A stretch of 53,914 nucleotides of DNA from assembly GCA_030141605.1 (NCBI GenBank), contig JAQGDQ010001224.1, forward strand, positions 1 through 53,914, written 5' to 3'. The stretch is from Tubiluchus corallicola (Eukaryota > Animalia > Priapulida). Each line of letters starts with the position of its first letter. The first letter of the stretch is position 1. Shown one piece after another: positions 1 to 53,914 of this stretch. The position numbers and the translations under genes were made by a program. The notes below the pieces were generated by a model that saw only the letters and a program-made list of their open reading frames with translations, did not search any database and was not told the origin of the DNA.

Positions 1-233
1 CATACGCACGCACGCATACGCACGCACGCACGCATACGCGCGCACGCGCGCATACGCGCGCACGCACGCACGCACACACATACACACACACACGCACATT
101 ACGCACGCACACACACACACACGCACACACACACACACACACGCACAAACACACACGCACGCACACACACACGCATACACGCACGCACGCACACACGCAC
201 ACACGCACGCACGCACGCACGCACGCACACACA

Positions 234-292
<59 letters not shown>

Positions 293-540
293 TTTCCTTT
301 TTCTTTCTACCCTTTTGTCTCACTCGCTGATTTGCTCGTTCACTCTCTCTTTCTTCATCTTTCTTTCTCATTCTACTTCCCTCCCTCCCTCTCTCTTTTT
401 CTCTCTCTTTCTGTTTCTCTCTGTCTTTTCTTCCCCTCTCTCTTTTTCTCCCTTCACTTTCTCTTTCTCTCTCTCTCTGTCTGTCTTTCTCTTGTTGTTT
501 CTCTCTTTTTCTTTCTTTTTCTTCTCCTGTTTTTTCTTTC
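1..540. repeat. (CA)/(CACG) and (CT) microsatellites, then a pyrimidine-rich tract
   Basis: Direct reading. Confidence 0.95.
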
Positions 541-1319
541 TGAACTGCAAATTTTCAAACTGTTGTCGCTACGGCCCGATATAAAAGAAGCCTTGCACTA
601 GTTTTTGCTTGAATAACATGAGTTGAATGCTGTTACGTATGTCGCGACATTATCGTTGATTAGTGGGTTTGTGAACTGTAATACAATGCAATGTAACATA
701 GTAAATATAACATACTGTAACATAACACATCACAATATAAGAAGCACTACACTGTTGCACCCAAAAATGTAAAATTTCATAGGAGCTGATGTCAGTTATG
801 TTTTAATGGTTGCAAATTCGCTTTTCAGGTATCTCTAAGTTGACTGACCGTAAAGAAAATTTAGTAGAAAATATACACAAAAATAAAATATAGTGTACAT
901 ACACATATCCTACAAAATGCATTTCGAAGTTAATTGTTGTGTGACTTTCTTACGACCTCTGCTCTCTGAAAACTCTATTCAAAACTGTAATGTGTCAGTA
1001 AAATGTGGGACAATCATCCGTCTGCGTGCCATTTATAAACCAAGCGGTACATTTTTGATCCTTGTGCCAAACACGTACATAATTGCCTTTTTGATATTAT
1101 TCTAGGCGTGTATTAATAATTACTACAGCAGCAAGGCGATGTGCAAACAAGAACTTTCCTCGGCGAATTGATAAGAAACTCTGAAAGGTGACGCCTTGTA
1201 TAAAGAAAGTGCATTAAAGACTTATGTTAAACTTATATTTTATTCAGACCTATTTTGCTTATACGGGGGCGGAATATGCTTTGAATTTGACTTCCTGCAG
1301 AATAATCATATTTCGTTAA

Positions 1320-1924
1320 AGGGAGACAGGATGATTTTTCATGTACTACCCCATTTTCAAGTCCGATAAAAAGTATACATTTTAGCACAATCAATACTGC
1401 AAAAGACTTTCTGATAACGAAATAATAGATTTAAATCTTAATAAACGGCGAGCGAGCCCAACTATTGATGACTTCACAAACTAACAATTTTCAACAGCAA
1501 AAATATTCCACGAGCGTGTTGCATGTGTTTGTGAAAGAGAAAATTGAAGTATAGTGCTGCTGTAAGATATTCAGGGTGTTGTACTAAAACTAGGTCATTT
1601 TAAGATAAAAATTCAACTTCAGATTTTCCGCTGTGCTCACGCACGAGCTGTTGAAAGTGTGTAGTTCGTCACAAACTAGCACATCGGAAATGAGAGGCAC
1701 AGCTCCTTGTTTTTCGTGTAGTGTGTTTTCGAAATGCTCGCGCTAGTGCCCGTCTAACTAGCGAATGGCGAAATGCATGTAAGAGCGAAGAATTAGTGGC
1801 GCGAATTGTGTTTGTGTGGCAATAATTCTTTCGCGTAAGTCGTTTTTGAAAAAAGTATGTTATCGTTCAACATTTTAAAGTATGTTGGTTTGACCAACAG
1901 TTTAAGATTGGGTCCGGTTTTGCT
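1320..1924 (+). mobile_element. TTAA-flanked non-autonomous DNA transposon (Kolobok-like)
   Basis: ttaa|AGGG...GCT|ttaa; an inverted full copy lies at 37621-38235. Confidence 0.65.
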
Positions 1925-2231
1925 TTAAAGGACATAAAAACTGAATTCTTAAAACAGCCAAACTGTTCGCCTTGAGAATTTGTATCACCTATACTCTGTT
2001 TTACTTCATAGGTTGCTTGTCTTAGTTTTAGCTCAATATAGAAAACGTAAATTCAAATTCCCGCTCTAACAGACGCAGGCATTTTAATGATCCGTCATTG
2101 AATAAGAAATTGAAGCAAGTTCAGATAACATTACGTAATTTTATAAAAGTAATCAGAGCATTTGTTACGCACACTTCACTTATCAAGCAAAAGTAAAAAT
2201 TACTTTATCTTGTCAACAAGATTAATGATAT

Positions 2232-2284
2232 GTTTCTTGGTGACCCAGTGACGTTTCTTGGTGACCCAGTGACGTTTCTTGGTG
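2232..2284 (+). repeat. 21-bp tandem repeat x2.5
   Basis: gtttcttggtgacccagtgac. Confidence 0.9.
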
Positions 2285-2737
2285 CACACCGGGATAACAA
2301 ATCAGTGACGATTTACCAGTAGGCGGGAACTCTTACCACTGGACACTGGACACCAATATGATTGGAAACATTAAGGGATGCGTCGTTGGACCTCAAGTTG
2401 TTGAACCGCAAATTTGCAGCAAATCTTATACTGCAGCAAAATTATAGACCACAGTAAGTAACATTCGGAAAATAATGTTACAATTTCTACATGTAAAAAA
2501 CAGCAGCATATAGTATCCGTCACCGTTTATTGTCTGACATTCAAAATATGTCGTTTGTAACATAAAAAATGAGAGAGGATTTATAAATAGCATTTTTTAA
2601 AGTGGCATATATTATTGAGTGGCTATAATGCTTTTTTGTTGTAGTGAAAAGTCATTTTTCGTGAATTAATTTTGTGTGCATTTTGTTTTTTATATAATTA
2701 TGTAAATAGACGTGTGCTACAACCGTTTACAACAGCA

Positions 2738-3086
2738 GCACCACCACCACCACGACCACCACCACCACCACCACCACCACCACCACCACCACGACCACCA
2801 CTAACAACAACAACAACAACAAGATGTCCTGTGTTGTCTACAACCACACTTTTGCAACTGTGTGCTCTGTTTTATTGTAATTTCAGTATTTTTAGTCTTA
2901 TGTTTTAATGTGTATTCTTGTTGTCTTATGCTATATACATGCTATTTAGTTGTGTGTGCATGTGTGTGTGTCTGTGTGTGTGCGCGCGTGCGTGCGTGCG
3001 TGTGTGTGCTCGCGTGTGTGCGTGCGCGCGTGTGTGTGCATGTGTGTGTGCATGTGTGGTGTGTGCGTGTGTGGTGTGTGTGTGTG
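2738..3086. repeat. (CCA)n/(CAA)n and (TG)/(TGCG)n microsatellites
   Basis: Direct reading. Confidence 0.9.
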
Positions 3087-4959
3087 TTTTATATGGATTT
3101 TAAGTCTGGAATAAAAACCTGAATTGAATTGAATAATGTAGGCCTATCAGATGCTGTTTCTTGTTTTGTTGTAAACTTTCTTTTATGGTACTCATTATTT
3201 TAATATGTTTTTATGTTTTAATTTTGTGAATGTTATTTCGTGTTAATGTTTTAAAGTTGAACAGTATAAGGTTTTATTTTTTATTTTTTCTTGTAAAGTA
3301 TGTGCAATATTTGCATATAATATACGTAAATACATGCATGCCAAAATTGTCTCTCAGTGTGATTTTATTGAAGAACTTGAAATTTCTCTTTGGTTTTGGT
3401 GAATCAAATACTGTGAGTCAATGTCTGCATCCGCCCCAGCTGATAGAAAAAACTGATGACAAACATTACATTAAACCTTTGAACGTTCCACACCCGACTT
3501 ATTAAGCACATTAGCCAATAACTACTCAAACAGGAGTCATTTGAGTTTGGTAAATCCGATAAATGTATGTAAGTGAACGGAGAATGTTCGAAAAGGAGTG
3601 CTTTTGACTTAACTGGTTAGTAAAACGTTTGTTGCCGTTTAGAAAAAGTGATTTCAGTGATAGTTGTCGTGCGCTTAGATAAACAAGAGCTCTCTATATT
3701 GTGCCTTAGGGCCTTAGGGCTTTCATAAGTGGTATATTAATTTACCATAAGTAATTCAACGGAATTAATACAGTCGGTCGAAAAATTCGAGGTGAGACAG
3801 GTTAGATTAGATTAGATTAGATTGGATTAAATTTTATTGGTCTCATTTAAATTTACACATAATAGCATGCAATGTTTCTTTAAGATCATAAACACTACAT
3901 TGAGAAGGGGTGTCGAAAGACCAACAGGTCACCTAGCGGCCACCGCTATTTTTACGACATTAATATTTATTTAGTTAATCGAGTGACATTGTTAGCAGCT
4001 TATTGCGAAGCATGCTTAATAATTATATACATTATAAATTTACAATAAAAATTGTGTTAGTAACTAAAGAAATATATCTATTTGTTATTAATATCTAATT
4101 TACTTAAAGCCTTTTGTTAGCGCATGCAAAATAACCGATAAACTAGAATGAAAATGACATAAACAATTATAATAGACATAAACAGATAATTATATGTTTC
4201 GTGGTTTTGAATATTTTGGAAAAGTTAGAATTGATTTTATGGCATTCGATGATCAGTCTAATCACTTTTATTTATTTACCTTTGTTCATTTATTTATTTA
4301 TTATTATTTATTTATACTAATCCTTTATGAGGGCAGTCCATTAAGTGCGTTACAAAGGGGTGGGCTTCATAAATATGTAGAAATATACATTAACTAGCCG
4401 CTTCTGCAACTTTCATTCTGAATTAATGTAAAAAATTGTACTTCAGTATAAGAATACTACCTCATGGGGTCAGAACAGAGAAGTAGCAAAAGAAGCAAAT
4501 ACGGAAAAAGTAAAACATTCTTTACTGTAAAAGATGCTTTGGTATTGAAAAGATAGGCATAAAATAAACCTTAGGTATAAAACAAAATAAAATAAAATAA
4601 AATAAACAGGTACAAAACAATAGTATAAACCAAATTATAATACATTTAATAAATTTAATGTTTGGAAACCGTATGTTGCTATATTCATTTTACCCGACTG
4701 CTGTGTAAAGTTTTACGTTGCTTGACTCAAACTATACAAACTCTAGGTAGTCGTGAATGATGAAATACTTGCTCAAATATCATCTGCAGTAGGCCTGTGT
4801 GACCATTATATTGCAAATATGAGACACTCCATAGATTACAATTATTGTATCGACTTGGATAGATATGCAGCTTTTCCACAAATGATGCTATGACGTTTTG
4901 ATTCGAAACTGGTCTGTTTTAACTGTCACCATATTGTAGTCTTTTTCATCCCACTTGGT

Positions 4960-5150
4960 TTTATCGTCATCTTTAACGCCATCGCCAATATCTTCAACAT
5001 CAGCACCACCGCCACCACCATCATCGTCATAATCATCGTCGTCGTCGTCATCGTCATCGTCATCGTCACCGTCACTATCACCATCACTATCACCTTCACC
5101 TTCACCATCATCATCATCATCGTCATCATCATCATCATCATCACCATGGC

Positions 5151-5183
<33 letters not shown>
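4960..5183. repeat. (CAT)n-type microsatellite
   Basis: Direct reading. Confidence 0.9.
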
Positions 5184-5310
5184 TTTACTTTGTTTAAGAA
5201 TAATAAAAGAGAGCAAGTGAAACGTTTTGCATATTTGCTCTACATGGTAAATATTAAAGGGCAAATGTGGTACAAAAAACGTTTTTTCCAGTTTCTCTCT
5301 CTGTGTTCAT

Positions 5311-5906
5311 CAGAGTTGCCACCTCTTCACGAACCGAAATCAAGAGTCAGGAGCTAGCTGGAGAGAGGGGGTCGGAGCTTGGAGGTCGTCTTGTGAGGCG
5401 TTTTTCAGAAACAAAAATCAAGGAAATTAAACCACAAAGTAGTGCAAATTTCTTGATTTTAGGCCCTAAAAAACATTAAAACCTAAAACTTACAAAGTGC
5501 AAGGAGTGTACATCAATTTTTGCAGTTCTTTCCCAGTCCCAATGCATTTCTTACATTTTCTGAGATTTCTGATGACAATTCGTGTTGTGTGAATTAAAGC
5601 TAAACTGGATGAATTCTTGCATTGGAGCACTTGTGGCTGGAGCAAAAGTTGTCAAAAATGTAAACGGCTTTAAATGATCACGTAACCATTTAAACTTAAT
5701 TTAATAACTTTACTATTTTACTTAAGAGAGATTTCACTATGTTTAGCTTTGCTTAATGTTTCAATGGCATCAAGATGTACTTTTCTTCCCACTTAAATTT
5801 CAATGCTTTCGTAGATTTCGAAAATTTTCAAAAATCGGACCGAAGTAGGGATGTACGGTTGAATGTCAGGAGACTCCGGGCCAAATCAGGCGTGGTGGCA
5901 ACCCCA
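5311..5906. mobile_element. hAT-like MITE
   Basis: TIRs cagagttgccacc / ggtggcaacccca; imperfect 8-bp TSD gtgttcat / atgttcac. Confidence 0.65.
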
Positions 5907-6848
5907 ATGTTCACAATTTAGTTAAAATGCTGTCTAAACTCAGGCTACGTTATTAAGGATTTAGCTACTGCTGAAAATGAAGTATTTGTATACAAATCTA
6001 AAAAAATATGACAATAAAATATTATATTATAATAATAATGTATCCAAATGCATTGTATCGAAACATGTCGCGTAAGCTTTTGTCGAAGCGTCGGCTGCTG
6101 TTACTACTGTTGCTGCTGTTGCTCAATGCTGTTGCAGTCGATGTGACTGTCATAGCAACTGCTATGGCTGGCATACGCTGCTTTGTTTTTTCTGATTTTG
6201 GCAAGTTTTTTCGTTTGTTTCTAGCCATTTCGACAACACTCCCTTTCACCCTATCGGCACACACTTTTCCAAAACTATTGGATTCTTATAATACACTTTT
6301 AAACGTTTAAGTAGCCCAGAAAAATATGTTGTTTACCTGCGCAAATAAAAAGTCAGACACAAAAATTCAACAGTCCTACATTGCCTAAACTTTCGGATAA
6401 AGTCGAACAAACTATTTCTGCACATAAGTAGGAAATATCTGAGGTCTGTTTATCAATAAACTGAAAAAAAGGTTCACTTTACAAAGGATAAAAGTACTAG
6501 TCAATTGAACATCATTGTTCACGGCCCCACGACAGCCGGAAGACGTTGCTGTACACCAAGGAAGATGCCTTTTTATTTATAATTTTAATAAAGCATGAAG
6601 CTCATTGTCCGACATTAACCCGAGTACAACATAAGCCCATTTTACCTTTTCACCAAATTATGAAAAATAAAAGCAGTTGTAGCATTATAAAATGAGTACT
6701 GTGTTGTGTTTCAAATAACTTGCACCTGATTTATTACTAATTACGAGTTACTTAAAGGTGAAATGGTAAATAGAGTCAAAATAACATTGTTAACACGGAA
6801 TGGTTTTGTGAAAATGCCACCAACATTATCGTCTCATGGATATAGACA

Positions 6849-7400
6849 ATGGCGTTGTCATTGAATAGTCATAAGTTTCAGAGCATCAAGAGAATTCGCT
6901 ATAGTTTGTCCCGTGATTTAACCAGTACAGTAATTTGTAAAACGCTTCTGTCTCATTTAGATTTTAACAATGCTTTACTTTTTGGTATACTTACCACAAC
7001 ATTGAAATCTGTGCAAATTGTTCAAAAGATGGCAGCCAGGACTGTTTCAAAAATATCAAAATATGATCACATTACTCTGGTCCTCAAGATCCTGCTTTGG
7101 TTACCAATTAGATATCGTATAAAGTTTATACTTCTTGTCACCTTTAAATCACTAAAACGGGAAGCACCATTGTATTTGACAGAGACGTTCGAGTTTATTA
7201 CTTCAACATATACTTTGAGATCTATTGGCAATCTACATCGTAAGATACCAAAAATTAAGTTTGTAACATTTGAGGATAGAGCTTTCAGTCTTTGTGGTTC
7301 CAGTTGTCTATGAAACTAAAATTGGCTATAAATGTTAAAGAAGTTAAGAAACTACTTAAGACTAATTTGTTTCAGCAAGCATTTCTGTAATTTTAATAAT
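6849..7400 (+). mobile_element. 3' remnant of an L2/CR1-group LINE ORF2
   Basis: LSHLDFNNALL.G...Q.VQ..AAR......YDHIT.VL..L.WLPI..RI.F...DRAFS is the typical C-terminus of L2-clade ORF2; truncated and degenerate. Confidence 0.85.
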
Positions 7401-7911
7401 CTATCATTTTGTGCTATAACTTTTTGCTAGTGTGATAATGTCGTTTTTACTGATGATTCTTCTTGTGATTTTGTTCTCCTTGTGATAATTTAAAGTAATT
7501 TTTAGATTTTATGTGATTTTCTTTTAATGTTGTACATCACCTTTGATACTATTTTATTATTGTGATGAAAGTTTACAAACAATAAACTGTTAAACTGAAT
7601 AGTCAAAGGGAAACTGGTGTCTACTAATTGAAAATCAAGAACCAACTGATAATAAAACAGAAACTACTAACTTTTAAAATTTAAAAAGCTGCTGGTACGT
7701 TAGATTACGTTCAGTGTACAGCAACATTTGCTTACCAATTTACTTCGAATTGTTGTATTTTAAGACCTCGACTAACTAACTATTTGATACGTTTCGTTCA
7801 TTTTGTTGACGACTGTTCAGATGACGGGAAATAAAAAAGTTAAATCTAAATAAATTTGGCTATATAAATAAGTGATACTAACACATTTTTAATTGATTTC
7901 AGAGAATAAAA

Positions 7912-49461
<41,550 letters not shown>

Positions 49462-51864
49462 TTCTCATTGTGACAACCGATTAGCTGAAATATCACGGCT
49501 GTTGCTTACGATTTTTTTAGAATGTCTACCGCTTTAAGGTTCTTATTACGGTGTTTTTTCCAGGGTAAATAGTACTAAGTACTGCAGATACGCGTGTATA
49601 TTATTTTGCAGGCCTATTTAAGATTTTTATTCAATTGTATTGGCGTGTTGCAAGTGCTTGTGGCGCCCGGGGATAGAAAAACTTCTGGCGCCCTACCATT
49701 TTAATGTTTTGATCATTTGTTTGCTGGGTGAAGTCACAAATTGTGCGCGTTTTTTGCGTCCGAGTCCAACCTTCCCTTTTTGACATGATGGGATAAAGAT
49801 AAACGATTTTTTTCTAAGAATCGCCGAGTCTGATTTGCAATACCGCCGCAGAGTAACTCTTTTCTTCGCATTAGTTGCGCATAACATGACAGTCCATAAA
49901 CATTCAAGATTATGAAAGATAGAGAACACTACAGGTTTTCACAATAATACAATTGGCACTTAAAGAAACGTCACTGTTTCTCCCAAAATTATCAATCTAC
50001 TAAGCCACACGACACTCTACACAAGCCGTTAAGTAACACCATTAAACTTTTTCCATGCTGTATGTAGTAACTAATTAAGTCAGCTAGGGTGATCTCTGAT
50101 CACTCAATTTTCCTGTATTTCGAAAACTTTTGTTAATTGTTTTGTTAATATCGAATTAGTTATTAATAATTAACAATCATTGAACTCTAGAAGAATTTGG
50201 CGTTCCCTCACCCTTGCGCATGTTGGCGATTGTCCCCACCCCCCGTTGCCCCACTACGCCTCTGTGTAATAGTTAGGAACTTGTAATTCTTCGTATGGAC
50301 AATGTTGCAGGTGATCAAATGTAAAAATTACCAGTTCAATGCCAAGTTGTGATAGAAAACAGTCAATTTATATCAATCGTGTTTTAGGAGTGAGCATTGC
50401 CTTGTATACTGTAAATGAAATGTAAAGTATATGAACCGATGGACTAGTCGTATTTAATGATGTGGACGGTCCACGAGAGGAAAAGGCAAGGTCCCTTGCT
50501 TAGATATACCTAATTACTACTGATTATTACTGTGATAATGGACAATTTACAACATTATACTATGAATTATGAAAAGCGATTTATTTTTTTATGACTGTTG
50601 GAGTATACCAGCGATTTTGTGTTTGTTGATAAATCTCTTTTATTTAGCATCTGTTCCGTTTGACAATTTCACAAGAGTACTGATTATCGCAGCATTGAAT
50701 GTATTTGGTGTTAAAATGTTAAAACTCAAAGTACTTTTTTCCTACTTTAGCCATGTAATTGATAATATTGCAGGCGGCTATCACTATGTGATGAAAAATG
50801 TTTCTTTATGTTTGTCCAAATATTACGTGTATTCGTAGCATTAGAAATTTTTAGAGGGTTTAAAATAGCAGCCACATAAGATACTTTAGCCTTTTATGGC
50901 AACTTTAATATAAAAATGTGTATCTATGATTCACAGGGCATATGATATTTCAACGAATTAAAAAGATAATAGTATATATATATAACTATGCGTTGACGTT
51001 GCCTCTTAAGTATGACGATTCTTAAATGCAGGGTGTGTCCATTTACTTTATATTTATGTTATTTTAACTCTTATAATTTTAAGGTTTTTAAATTATTTTT
51101 TTCGTAAAAGCCGATGAAAATTTAACTAATGTTTTTGAATTATATAAATGTACCATTTAACCTCTTTGTGATGTTAGTTAATATACTTCTGTGGCTTAGA
51201 GCTCTGTCTTTATTATTATTTTATGATTAATCCTAATTATAATAATGCATGTAACATAGCATTTTTATTTAAAAATATAAGCTGTGATAATTTCAAGCAA
51301 CTAATAAATAAATATTTACAAATTTTGCTTATTAGCTGCGTTAATTATTATTTTATACAGATATTCATTTAGATATATAGCAAAAGCAAGCAGTTGGCTC
51401 ACATTTATAACGCTGTATCCTTTATGCTGGCTAGTATTGCTCGGCTATGTAGTGTTTTCGGAATTTTTTGAAGTAATTAAAAGTATTAAAACTTAATTAA
51501 GTATTAAAACGATGAAAAGTGCTGATTTCACGCTTTTTGTTTATGGACTGATGGCACGTAAACCAAAAACAGAATTGACCTATTTTGTTTAGCACCTTGC
51601 TAAGATTTATTTGAGATTTCATTTGTAAATGAATTATTTCTTCTTCAAAGTCTCATTCCACCTATTGTAGACATGAGATCAGAGTATTCCACACATTTCT
51701 ATCTGCAGCCAACAGCCTAAGTTCATCTTTGGTCGAATTTGTTGAACATCTTCATTTATCTTAGCTATCCAAGCTGTCCTTGCCAAGTAGCTTTTGCAAA
51801 GTTTTAAAGCCTCCTTTAAGGCGATTCTTACTGATGCTTCATTTGGAAATTTTAATGAGAGATT

Positions 51865-51953
51865 CTACATACGCTTCGTCAGCTTGCAGGAGGATAACAC
51901 CATCAAATCGGTCCACGAACAACCCGGGTTTAAACTGCATGATTACGAAAATA
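51865..51953 (+). pseudogene. Diverged relic of part of the terminal exon
   Basis: RFVSLQEDNTIKSVHEQPGFKLHDY versus RFTSLREDNTIKPLYEQPTFKLPDY (49315-49389): 18 of 25 aa identical. Confidence 0.75.
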
Positions 51954-51961
51954 ATATTATA

Positions 51962-52880
51962 CTAGTAAAGGCCCCGCAAAAAATTTTGCTTATAAATACA
52001 CTTATAATCAAAGATGCGCGAACATTCCACCTAGTGTTTGTCTGTTTATCTAACGCAAAGCCAGCAGCTTTTACTGAATTAAAGTTATAGGGTTATAGGC
52101 AGAGTATAATGGATGACGTCAGAACAATGGCTTTGCGTTAGCAGTTTTTCAAGCGAAAATTGCCAAAAATAGAACATCTAATTAACTCGTCGATACTCCT
52201 CTCAGCGGACGTGTAGTAAAGAGAATGTTAAAATATACTATATGTTAAATAATTATGTTAAGAAGAGTCTTACTGAAGTCAGCCAAATAAGGAGAACTTA
52301 AGGAGTGGTGTCAGTTGACCCACTTGTCAGACTGCGCACGCAATTCATATATAAGTCGTGACATCAGCCAGCAGGAGGGCTGGTCATACTTCACACTTAC
52401 AAGCAGGACGTCTCTCGTAGATCAGGGGCCTTGGCACTGCTGTCTATATATTATATTTATTGTGATGTTATTTAATAAATGTGTTATTTCGCAAATAAAG
52501 TCTTGATAGCTTTGCCATTACTCAAACGTTCATAAACAGCTACACACAGCTCACACAACGTACCACCACTATACCAGAGACTTAATAATTTAACTCGTGT
52601 CCTAAAATGTAGCCCACATCATCGTGTAGCTCTGTTCTTCCTCTTTCTAAAGAGCTACATATCTCCTTCCGAGAGTCCCACCAGGCGCCTCTAGAACGTT
52701 TTTTCCGCATGCAGTTTGGTCAAAATTTCGAAAAAATCGCGAGTTGGGTCGGGGAAAACGCCAGTTACGGGACTCCGTGGCCCCCTCGCGAATTCTAAAT
52801 ACGCCTATGAGGCCCACCGCTGAACGGGCTATCTATCCAGCACCACTCCCAGCTCGTTCCCGTTCGCTAGAAATAAGTAT
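51962..52880 (-). mobile_element. Helitron-like element, copy 3 (with nested solo LTR)
   Basis: Reverse complement of about 11900-12425, ending exactly at the same CTAG. Confidence 0.65.
52215..52595 (+). mobile_element. Solo LTR related to 23222-23707
   Basis: AGTAAAG...TTTAACT ends; 5-bp TSD cgtgt; TATA-like tatataag; shares aaataaagtcttgatag..tttgccat. Confidence 0.75.
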
Positions 52881-53914
52881 CGAAAAAATTGAATTTGATG
52901 CCAAATATCTTTAAAGAGAGGGAGAGCCTGTCCTGATCGTGCACTGTTACCACTAATTGATGTCTAATTTATTGCAGTGAGAAAGGATGCATTACGCTTA
53001 AACCTTAGTGGGTATTGATTGATTTGCTCTTACCTGTGATTTTGCATTAATTGTGCTGTGAAAATAATCCAGTCAAAAATAGTCATTAGAGAAACAACGA
53101 ACGATTTTTATGAATTGTGGCCAGACTAATAATTCACTTTATTAACAAATTTAACGGTTACACTTTGCATTACGTTACAAGTTTCAAATTATAACAAAAA
53201 TTATCACATAATTCACAGCACTTTAAATAATCTCACATATAAGCCTATATAAAAAACAACAAAAATGGGACCACCTTTGTGGTACCTGCTGATAGGTGGT
53301 CACCGATCACGGTGACACTTCCTTTTTATAGGCAAGGTTAACTAAACGCAAGGTTAACTAAACACATGCTTGAAAGAAGCATACGATATAAATAATATTG
53401 TAAGGCCACGAAAGAAGCCAGGCTTGGTTTAAGGTGGTTTCCGACACTCCCAAAACAAAGGGAAAGAAAAAAAATTGGACTTGGCGAGATTTGAACTCAA
53501 ATCTGTCAAGTACATTAAGTTAAACTATACTTATCAATCGTAAATCAATGCTATGTGAACATTACCAGATTAAATCAAATCAATTTCACAATGCTAAACA
53601 CATAACGGTGTATGCAAAATAATCAGTAAACAATCAATAAAGCTAGAAAAATATCATAATCTAAATAAAGCAAGTGTAAAGGTACAAATAATGCAATTAA
53701 TGTTGATACAGCAACAGACAACAAATATGTGTATAATACGAGGTGAATACATATTGGGGATATTTTTGGGTTTTCCTTGTAATCTCCTTTCTATATTCCA
53801 GTATTTACATAATATACATCGTCAGGAAAAGGTACTTTTTCACAGGAACAGTTTGTCATCTGAATGACTGAATGATATTCCGTACGCCAAACGCTGGAAC
53901 AATCAGAAAACGTA

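Noticed and set aside
99-601. ORFs over the CA/CT microsatellites (also 2672-3122, 4926-5264, 12813-13183, 23572-23877, 24820-25086, 40947-41427)
   Set aside because: Low-complexity translations of simple repeats.
6022-6264. Minus-strand ORF MARNKRKNLPK... as a possible divergent gene
   Set aside because: Short, partly a CTG-type repeat, no recognisable domain and no good donor site found.

Overview
AT-rich, intron-rich animal (probably invertebrate) genomic DNA. Most of the window (about 7.9-49.5 kb, + strand) is one large adhesion GPCR gene. I traced 33 coding exons by eye with GT-AG boundaries and consistent phases (7632 nt, about 2543 aa if all are included). Architecture: signal peptide, 14 EGF, 3 Ig, 3 EGF, 7 Ig, HormR, GAIN/GPS, 7TM, and a cytoplasmic tail ending in a PDZ-type motif (LSNM). 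The ectodomain is being rebuilt by recent duplications: a 117-bp EGF array, a roughly 6.4-kb tandem duplication that creates a new 3-EGF exon with a newly formed acceptor, and a roughly 1.26-kb Ig-exon triplication. All of these exons are phase 1-1 cassettes. The GPS motif looks non-cleavable (HL/T replaced by KG/G, two cysteines lost), and several conserved class B/adhesion 7TM motifs are eroded. Introns and flanks hold a minisatellite built from the next exon's own splice acceptor, an inverted pair of hammerhead-ribozyme-like motifs, solo LTRs, Helitron-like, hAT-like, Kolobok-like and Harbinger-like non-autonomous elements, LINE 3' remnants, and a codon-conserved relic of the last exon downstream of the gene. 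Everything was read manually; no database searches or alignments were run.
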